Positions 56,945-64,000 of a DNA stretch of 64,000 nt are shown here, piece after piece (position 1 is the stretch's first letter; every line of letters begins with the position of its first letter). Under the pieces are notes generated by a model. It saw only the letters and a program-made list of their open reading frames with translations. It was not told the DNA's origin and did not search any database. The position numbers were made by a program, and so were the translations under genes. The DNA lies in IMG/VR virus record IMGVR_UViG_3300008117_000049, positions 32,001 through 96,000 of that record; one strand, given 5' to 3'. This DNA is from a virus.

Positions 56945-57768
56945 TGACTACACCGATTATTATTGACACACAAATCGCAGAACTACTTGCGTCTATTGAG
57001 TCAAAGAACATAAGCATCCACTCACTGAATCAGTCAATCGAGTACAACAAGAAGCACTCTTGGATGGGCAAAGAAGTGGAGCAAAAAGAAATCAAACGAG
57101 ATGCTCTCGAAAAAGAACTTGCCGTCGACAAGGAAAAACTGGCAGCCCTCAAGGCACTCTACACAGGATGGTCCCGTGCCTACCTTGTGCGGAATAGCAA
57201 TGGGCACATTCACAAGAGTCGTAATTGCGGAACCTGCTTTCCTACTACTCAGTATGTTTGGCTTACCGAGATGTCAGGTCGAGATGAACTTGAGATTGCG
57301 TTTCTTGCTGGCGAGAAAGCCTGTACTGTTTGCTATGCTCACGCCCCATCTGCTTACTTCCTCAGACAATGCGAGTTGGAAGACCCAGAGGTAGTAGAGG
57401 CACGCCGTCTTCGTCAGGTTCGTAAGGCTGAGATTGAGGCTAAGCGTTTGAAGACTGGTATCTGGAATCCAGATGGCACACCGCTAGTAGTGCTTGAATA
57501 CGCATTTAGCAGATACAAGACTGAGGTCAAGGCAGAGCGTACTGCTCAGTCAATTGCCGTCAATATGCTAGTTGGTATTCAAAGCATGGGTCGCACACCT
57601 GAAGAGATTGAGCGTAGCCAAGAGTCACTTGACACCATCTTGGTTGCTTTGGCACACAAGCGAGGAACTTCGGTTGAGGAGCAGAGAATTCTAATCCAAG
57701 CCAAAGCCGATGCTCAAATCAAAAAGAACAAGCGTAATTATCCAGATGTAAATTGGACTACAAGATAA
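56944..57768 (+). CDS. Conserved actinophage hypothetical protein
   Basis: WSRAYLV..NGHIH....CGTC.PTT...CTVCY..AP. Confidence 0.65.
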   Translation: MTTPIIIDTQIAELLASIESKNISIHSLNQSIEYNKKHSWMGKEVEQKEIKRDALEKELAVDKEKLAALKALYTGWSRAYLVRNSNGHIHKSRNCGTCFPTTQYVWLTEMSGRDELEIAFLAGEKACTVCYAHAPSAYFLRQCELEDPEVVEARRLRQVRKAEIEAKRLKTGIWNPDGTPLVVLEYAFSRYKTEVKAERTAQSIAVNMLVGIQSMGRTPEEIERSQESLDTILVALAHKRGTSVEEQRILIQAKADAQIKKNKRNYPDVNWTTR

Positions 57769-57812
57769 GAGTTTTGGCTTAGGTTATAATTGGAATACTT
57801 ACAGTAAGGATT

Positions 57813-58145
57813 ATGATGGCTGAAGACAAAGCACAACCAGTGCCGACAGACATTTCTCAAATGTCCCCTAACGATTTACACGCTCTTATTGAAAAAGAGG
57901 GTAAGAACTTCGTTCAACAGACTGAAGAGGGTGACATTGACATCAATGAGTACCTAGCATCAGAGCAGTTCGACTTGCCTAGACTTCTAAATCTATTCTT
58001 CGCTTTTGAGTATTTTCATCGTGCAGGGTCAAAGCAAGCAAACTTTGATTCTAGATACGGATTGCTATACGAACTTGTATATGCTGAACTAGGAAAACTT
58101 CTCGGTACGCAACTATACGGACCAGAATATGTGATTGGTTTATAG
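57813..58145 (+). CDS. Hypothetical protein
   Basis: ORF track; AAGGA RBS. Confidence 0.55.
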   Translation: MMAEDKAQPVPTDISQMSPNDLHALIEKEGKNFVQQTEEGDIDINEYLASEQFDLPRLLNLFFAFEYFHRAGSKQANFDSRYGLLYELVYAELGKLLGTQLYGPEYVIGL

Positions 58146-58180
58146 CCAACCGCCAATAAAAAAGAAAGACAGAAAGACAA

Positions 58181-58663
58181 ATGAATTTACAAACAATTCT
58201 ATTACTACCGATTGCTTACTTACTTGTTGTAAGCATCCCGTTGCTAATCACCGATATTCGCGAGAGCAGACTAAAGAACTCTATTGTTTTTCCAGGCTAC
58301 CTAGTGTGGTTAGTGTCTGCCATTGCTTATACCGCTCTATCTGGAGATTGGCTAAATGCTTTAGTGCTACCACTTGCTATTGGACTACCGCTATTAGTTG
58401 GGCTAACTATATTTAATATCAGGACCGATGCTATTGGTATGGGCGATGTCAAACTTATTGTTTTGATGGGTCTGACTTTATCTTGGAAGAGCCTATGGGT
58501 TTGGCTTACTATTCTAGTAATTGCACTATTCATTGGTCTAGTAGTTACTGCGGTGCTTGCTTTTAGAAAGAGATACCCAGACACTATCAGTTACACTATC
58601 CGTTTAGGAGTTATTACTTATCTTGTTTACATTACTCATTTGCTGGTGCTATTCACAAAGTAG
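58181..58663 (+). CDS. A24 type IV prepilin peptidase-like membrane protease
   Basis: TDIRESRLKN (D..rIPN-like) and GMGDVKL (GxGD) within multiple TM helices. Confidence 0.72.
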   Translation: MNLQTILLLPIAYLLVVSIPLLITDIRESRLKNSIVFPGYLVWLVSAIAYTALSGDWLNALVLPLAIGLPLLVGLTIFNIRTDAIGMGDVKLIVLMGLTLSWKSLWVWLTILVIALFIGLVVTAVLAFRKRYPDTISYTIRLGVITYLVYITHLLVLFTK

Positions 58664-58711
58664 TAGTCTGTAAGAGAGTGTCAAGAGAAAAAGAAAAGCG
58701 AGTGAATTTAA

Positions 58712-58960
58712 ATGAGCATAGATGCTTATGATTACGGAAAGCAAGATGGCAAAGCAGAAGAAAGACAAAGATTAGTTGATGTAATCAAGTCTTACCGATG
58801 CGAGTGTGTTGACATGACATACGAGCAAATGGAAGTTGCTTACCCAGACCCTAAGAAAAGATTTTTTGAACACGGGAACTGTGGCTTCATTGACATTGAT
58901 TGGCTTATTGAACAACTTGAAAAGGGAGAAGAAGATGTACCGCCTACTACACTGGATTAG
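58712..58960 (+). CDS. Hypothetical protein
   Basis: ORF track. Confidence 0.5.
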   Translation: MSIDAYDYGKQDGKAEERQRLVDVIKSYRCECVDMTYEQMEVAYPDPKKRFFEHGNCGFIDIDWLIEQLEKGEEDVPPTTLD

Positions 58961-59116
58961 TGGAATAGCATTTAAAGTTGCTCACTGGGCTCAGTGGCAA
59001 TCAACTAAGTTTCCACGCAAGAAACACCGAAAAAGGTATTTGACAAATGTCATAGGATATGCCTATGATTATCTTGTTGTAAAGATACAACACCTAAAGA
59101 CGAAAGGACACTAGAA

Positions 59117-59353
59117 ATGTCAAAGAAACTAATTTCAATTAGCGAAGAGCAGTTACAGTTTGCCGTAGGGCTTACCGAGTTTGCTTTGAGGCAACTAAAT
59201 CTGAAACACGATGAATCATACTCAGGCGTAGATAAATTGCTATACACGACTTGGATTGTGTCAGCAGAGGAATTGCTTGAAACGCTCAAAGCCGAAAACG
59301 CACAAAATGAGCCAGAAACGCTTGTAGAGGACATTGAACGCCCAGAGGCGTAA
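59117..59353 (+). CDS. Hypothetical protein
   Basis: GAAAGGA RBS; own promoter and terminator. Confidence 0.55.
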   Translation: MSKKLISISEEQLQFAVGLTEFALRQLNLKHDESYSGVDKLLYTTWIVSAEELLETLKAENAQNEPETLVEDIERPEA

Positions 59354-59480
59354 AAAACTCTATAAAAGACCCTAAAAGCCCTGTTTGCCCCTCGCAAGCA
59401 GGGTTTTTAGCATACGGCTTATGCTTGACAGGATTATAACAAATTGGTAACATTATCTAGTTAGCGACAAAGGAGAAGAA

Positions 59481-60449
59481 ATGACAAAGAAACTAACTAT
59501 CGCATATAGCGACGACTACCTGAACTGGAATTTAGGTTCGGGAGATGGCTCACATCCAACCAAGCCTATCCGTGCCAAGATTGCTACCGATTACTTGGTA
59601 GATGAAGTGGGTGCGGACAATGTTGAAATCATTGAACCTGAATTCAAAGATGAGGACAGAGAGAAGATTGAATCTATCCACGACCCTAACTATGTTTCAG
59701 AGGTTATTGATGAGGGTAGGTCTTATGACTGGCTTGGCTTCAAGCCTGAGATGGGGCATACCGCTGGTCAGATGTTTTCTGGAACAGTAAGACTGGTTGA
59801 GAAGATACTCGCTGGTGAAACTCAAGTTGGCTTCAATCCACAGGGAGCAAAGCACCACGCTCAATACGGATGGAGCGAGGGCTTCTGCGTGTTCAACGAT
59901 TTTGCCTGGGCTGCCAAAAATTTCGTGCAGAATGGGCTCAAAGTTGTTTACATCGACTGGGATGTGAATGCTGGTGATGGAGTGCAGAACCTACTTGCGG
60001 ATACCGATATTCCAACTTTCAGTATCCACGGACACGGAATCTACCCAACTCACTCAGACACATGGCTTCGTGAGGCTGGAGTAGATGGCAATTACATCTA
60101 TCAAAATGACGAGCAACACTGGTATAACTACTGCTTACAGCAAGGCGAGGGCGACCAAGCGTTCAAATGGGCAATTGATGAGATTGCTAAGAAAGTTGCC
60201 GAGTATAAGCCAGATGTAATCTTGCTTGCTACTGGTGCTGATGGACATGAGGAAGAGCATTGGGGGTTGAAATATACCTACGATGGCTACGCTTATGCTT
60301 CAAAAGTAATTGCTGAACTAGCAAACAAGTTTGCCGATGGGCGTGTATTGATTGGTGGTGCTGGTGGGTATCAACCACTCACACATACACCGAGAATATG
60401 GGCTAATGTCGTCAAAGACATCTACGAAGGAACTCAAAAATCAGAGTAG
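59481..60449 (+). CDS. Histone-deacetylase/AcuC-family Zn amidohydrolase
   Basis: HP..P.R, GAKHHA, GFCVFND, YIDWDVNAGDG, GADGH, GGAGGY. Confidence 0.88.
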   Translation: MTKKLTIAYSDDYLNWNLGSGDGSHPTKPIRAKIATDYLVDEVGADNVEIIEPEFKDEDREKIESIHDPNYVSEVIDEGRSYDWLGFKPEMGHTAGQMFSGTVRLVEKILAGETQVGFNPQGAKHHAQYGWSEGFCVFNDFAWAAKNFVQNGLKVVYIDWDVNAGDGVQNLLADTDIPTFSIHGHGIYPTHSDTWLREAGVDGNYIYQNDEQHWYNYCLQQGEGDQAFKWAIDEIAKKVAEYKPDVILLATGADGHEEEHWGLKYTYDGYAYASKVIAELANKFADGRVLIGGAGGYQPLTHTPRIWANVVKDIYEGTQKSE

Positions 60450-60987
60450 ATGGTAGGATTGCGTTGTGTGGGAGCACTAATCGCTCTCATGCAAAGCATC
60501 TTACACAGAAAAACTGGCCACCCAGGGTAAAACAGGAGTTGAAATGGACATCTTCGTCGTTATTTTAGCAATTTTAGGTTTTCTTGTCATCGTTTGGCTA
60601 GCAATAGCAGTCGATAAGAGGACAGAACCGATTGAATACACGGATGAAGAGGAAATTTCAGCACTTTTAGGTGTTGTAATGCCTAAAAACGAACAGAAAG
60701 AAGAAAAATAGATGCCAAGTTGGTTGATTTTACTCAGAGATTTGGTTTGGACATCAATTTTTGCGATTATAGCCGTCATTGCGACTATTTTCATCGCTAT
60801 TTTTGCTCCAAGCAACATTGGATTGATACTTGGGACAGGATTGTCAGCAATTTCGCTCTCAATTCTCTCGCTCCGAGGCTAGTTATTCCAATAGCAAACA
60901 CAATTGAATAACATTTGTATTACAGATACAATTTCAATAGAAACCACAGACCCATACGGGTCATTACATAGAAAGATAAAAGAAGAA

Positions 60988-61536
60988 ATGACAAAGATAA
61001 AGAAAGCAAATCAAAAGTTGCCGTTTTACATCACTTCATTGCTCAATTCCGCTAAGCCAGCAGATAGAGATAACATAATTCGTTCATTGAGTAACAATGG
61101 ATGGACACTAAGTGCTATCTCTCGCTCAGTTGAACTCAGTAGAGAGCGTGTTCGTCAGATTTGTGAAACACCAATTGATGGACCAATGCCACCTGACTTC
61201 ACTAACCCAACTCCACCGATGTATCCAGCAAAAGTGGAAAGAGAGTTTGTTGAGCCATCGCCTGAAATCCTAGCAAGATTGTTGGAACTAAAGCCGATGG
61301 CAATGCAGGTTCGCTCACACGCCACTCGCTTCAGAGCAGAGGCTGAAGAGTACACTCAACTAATTGCTAAGGCTCACTTGGAAGATGGCGTTACGCTATA
61401 TCGATTGGCTAAGCGTATGGGAGTTACTCACTCAGCACTTCGTTTCAGACTTGCTCGCTATGGATACAAGACAAGCGAAAAGGGTCAGAGCAGAGTATAT
61501 ACACCAATCAATCCTAAGAACAGACACTCAAGGTAG
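60988..61536 (+). CDS. Tandem HTH DNA-binding protein
   Basis: WTLSAISRSVELSRERVRQI and VTLYRLAKRMGVTHSALRFRL. Confidence 0.7.
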   Translation: MTKIKKANQKLPFYITSLLNSAKPADRDNIIRSLSNNGWTLSAISRSVELSRERVRQICETPIDGPMPPDFTNPTPPMYPAKVEREFVEPSPEILARLLELKPMAMQVRSHATRFRAEAEEYTQLIAKAHLEDGVTLYRLAKRMGVTHSALRFRLARYGYKTSEKGQSRVYTPINPKNRHSR

Positions 61537-61991
61537 TGAGCACATCCAATCGTGTGCTTCTGGTAATCAACTTACTTGTAGGTGCGTTCTTATTAGGTTC
61601 TGCTTCATCGCAATCAGTTTCAGCAGTTGAATCAAACTCTGTAATCTCTGCTTGTGTGAATAAGTCAAGTGGTGCTTTACGGATAAGTAGCAAATGTACT
61701 AAGACCGAAAGACCACTGACTTGGAACCAAACTGGAATTCAAGGACCAACTGGACCTCAAGGACCCGCTGGACCTAAAGGCACAGATGCTTCTATCAAAA
61801 CTAAACTAATCACAATCAAATACATAGGAAATGGTACAAGTCTTCTTGGCTGTGGAGATGGTTCTGTTGGATTAGCCACTGGAACAGCAACTACTTATAC
61901 TAACTGGCAATACGGGTCAGTTTTTCTAACTAATAGATACAACTGGCAGAGTAATCCATATTGCTCGCTCACGATTAGGGTAATTGAGTAA
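61536..61991 (+). CDS. Exported collagen-repeat protein
   Basis: Signal peptide, ACVNKSSGALRI...C...WN then Gly-X-Y. Confidence 0.7.
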   Translation: MSTSNRVLLVINLLVGAFLLGSASSQSVSAVESNSVISACVNKSSGALRISSKCTKTERPLTWNQTGIQGPTGPQGPAGPKGTDASIKTKLITIKYIGNGTSLLGCGDGSVGLATGTATTYTNWQYGSVFLTNRYNWQSNPYCSLTIRVIE

Positions 61992-62068
61992 TACCGAAAC
62001 TTGTTCGCCAATAGTGAAACCCTTGACAAATGTCAGGGGTTTTCACTTTACTGCGATACAATACTTGT

Positions 62069-62338
62069 ATGAACAACATAGAAAAACTCTCAGATAAGTT
62101 ATACACCAAGTACTACCAAGGCGTGCCTTGGGACAGGCTCACCGATGAAGAAGCCTGTATGTCTATTGGAAAAGCAATTACTAAAGTGCTGAACCAGATA
62201 GTCGCTACCGAGAAAGAAAACCTGATTGCCCCTGTTCGTGGTATGAATACCGCTAAGAAAGAAGCATTGATTAGGCTCTCAGTAGATATCGCAAATCGTG
62301 GCATCGAGTTGATGCTGAAGAAAGAACGAAGCAACTAA
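62069..62338 (+). CDS. Hypothetical protein
   Basis: ATG 6 nt below TACAAT. Confidence 0.55.
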   Translation: MNNIEKLSDKLYTKYYQGVPWDRLTDEEACMSIGKAITKVLNQIVATEKENLIAPVRGMNTAKKEALIRLSVDIANRGIELMLKKERSN

Positions 62339-62401
62339 CATCTCCATCCACTGGGCAAGTTTGCCTGGGTTGCCATTTTTTCTGTGCATTACAATAGATT
62401 C

Positions 62402-63793
62402 ATGGCCAAATCTATAATGGAACAAATCGCTCTTCTGCCTGATGCAGAGAGAGCACTCGTCTTATCTGGCATGGATGCCGATACTCTTATGTGGGATTGG
62501 TCAGTCTGGGGCAGACCTGAACAGCACGCTCCCGTAGGTGATTGGGCAGTCTGGATGTATCTTGGTGGTCGTGGTGCTGGTAAGACCCGTGCCGCAGCCG
62601 AGTGGGTGAGAGAGCAAGCCAAATACACTAACACGGGTCAAAGGCGTTTTGCTTTGGTTGCGAGAACAGCAGCAGATGTGCGAGATGTAATCGTTGAGGG
62701 TGAGAGTGGAATTATGAATGTATCTCCACCTAGCGAAAGACCATTGTATGAACCATCAAAGCGAAGACTAACTTGGCCTAATGGAAATACTGCTACTTGC
62801 TTTACTGCCGATGAGCCTGACTCTTTGCGTGGTCCACAATTTACTCACGCTTGGGGAGATGAGATTGCTGCTTGGCGACAGACACCTGACGCAGCAGGTA
62901 TGACTGCTTTTGATAACTTGCGTGTAGGAACTCGTCTTGGTCGTAATCCACAGATTATGGTTACTACTACACCTAAGCGTGTTCCATTGCTCTACAAGTT
63001 GATAGAAGAAAGTAAGAACACTGGTCGTGTAGTTATCACTCGTGGTTCTACTCTTGATAACTCTGGAAACCTAAGCGTTGCTTATCTTGATGCTATTACG
63101 GGTGTCTATGCTGGAACTCGTCTTGCTCAACAGGAACTTTATGGTGAGATGTTGGATAGCGTTGAGGGTGCTTTGTGGAATGATGATTTGATTGAGGTAC
63201 ATAGACAGAACGCTCTACCACTGAACACACCACTGCGTTGTATTGGTGTTGACCCTAGCGTTGCTGAGAACCCTAGAGATGAATGCGGAATAGTTGTAGT
63301 CGCATCAACTGGTGAGAGAGATTTGTATAAGCGTCAGGCTTGGGTATTAGAAGATGCTAGCGTGTTAGGTTCGCCTGAAGTGTGGGCTAACCGAGTAGTT
63401 GCTATGGCTCGCAAGTGGGGCTGTCCAGTTATTGCTGAAGTCAATCAAGGTGGAGCATTAGTTCGTAATGCTATCAACGCCATTGACCCTAGTATCAAAG
63501 TATTAGAAGTCCATAGCAAATACGGAAAGCAACTTCGTGCTGAACCAGTCGTGCTTGGCTATGAGCAAGGGCGTGTCCATCACATTGGATACTTACCTGA
63601 CTTAGAGAGTCAGATGCTAAGTTGGGTTCCGGGTGAGGGTAGGTCGCCAGACAGAGTAGATGCTTTAGTTCACGCTCTTACCGCTCTTATGATAAAGCCA
63701 CCAGCAGGGTTTGTAGGTGGCAAACTAACTGCTAAGTCTATGGCTGGTCGTAAAATACCAGATGCTAGAAGTAGTTTCTTTAGAGTTAGATAA
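62402..63793 (+). CDS. terL: Terminase large subunit
   Basis: GGRGAGKT, LRGPQF..AWGDE, TTTP, VDPS, EVNQGG, SPDRVDA; ATG 62402 is 6 nt below TACAAT. Confidence 0.92.
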   Translation: MAKSIMEQIALLPDAERALVLSGMDADTLMWDWSVWGRPEQHAPVGDWAVWMYLGGRGAGKTRAAAEWVREQAKYTNTGQRRFALVARTAADVRDVIVEGESGIMNVSPPSERPLYEPSKRRLTWPNGNTATCFTADEPDSLRGPQFTHAWGDEIAAWRQTPDAAGMTAFDNLRVGTRLGRNPQIMVTTTPKRVPLLYKLIEESKNTGRVVITRGSTLDNSGNLSVAYLDAITGVYAGTRLAQQELYGEMLDSVEGALWNDDLIEVHRQNALPLNTPLRCIGVDPSVAENPRDECGIVVVASTGERDLYKRQAWVLEDASVLGSPEVWANRVVAMARKWGCPVIAEVNQGGALVRNAINAIDPSIKVLEVHSKYGKQLRAEPVVLGYEQGRVHHIGYLPDLESQMLSWVPGEGRSPDRVDALVHALTALMIKPPAGFVGGKLTAKSMAGRKIPDARSSFFRVR

Positions 63794-63796
63794 GAA

Positions 63797-63826
63797 AAAT
63801 CCCCTGCCACATTGACAGGGGATAAA
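63797..63826. terminator. Terminator hairpin after terL
   Basis: ATCCCCTGCCA/TGACAGGGGAT with upstream A-tract. Confidence 0.55.
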
Positions 63827-64000
63827 TCTTAGTTTCTCCAGATTGCTAACTGCTTTTCATCTAAGCCGAGTAAGTATCTCTCAAAGTTCTTATTACATAG
63901 AACCCAAGATGAACGCTTCTCTCTCATCAGTTTGATAGCATCTGCTGGCTCATAGCCGTCACGAATTAGAACCAAAGCCATAACTAAACCGCTACGATTT

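Noticed and set aside
1-64000. Alternative genetic code
   Set aside because: Conserved genes are full length in the standard bacterial code, ending in TAA, TAG or TGA

Overview
A 64-kb segment of a large, roughly 40% GC tailed dsDNA phage. The host is very probably an actinobacterium (WhiB, NrdH, DUF3039, a ClgR-like regulator). 0-38 kb carries a primase-polymerase/SF3 helicase, serine recombinase, tail-fibre genes, class II RNR, tmRNA plus neighbouring unassigned structured RNAs, three DNA methyltransferases with MetK, lysis/membrane genes, a candidate origin, a Mom-like enzyme and a TerS-like gene. About 38-62 kb is an early/host-takeover-like region of short, individually promoted cassettes, followed by TerL. 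The main signal is in the cassette spacers, which share a modular regulatory grammar: at least 14 exact GGAA(T/G)-N18-GTT promoters (actinobacterial SigR/SigH type) overlapping sigmaA -10 boxes, ClgR-type operators (GTTCGC-N5-GCGAAC) alongside a phage-encoded ClgR homologue, MtrA-type direct repeats, and a TGTC element at a fixed position. Several motifs remain unexplained (TTCCATGC/GCATGGAAAA, CTTATGTTTT, oriented ACGGCWNGCC arrays, a strand-specific CCGA excess). Other candidates include an RNA with hairpin loops resembling the 16S anti-SD tail in a genome with many leaderless genes, a thrice-repeated covarying pseudoknot, and a stand-alone ~220-nt structured ncRNA. All assignments come from reading motifs by eye; no searches or folding programs were run.
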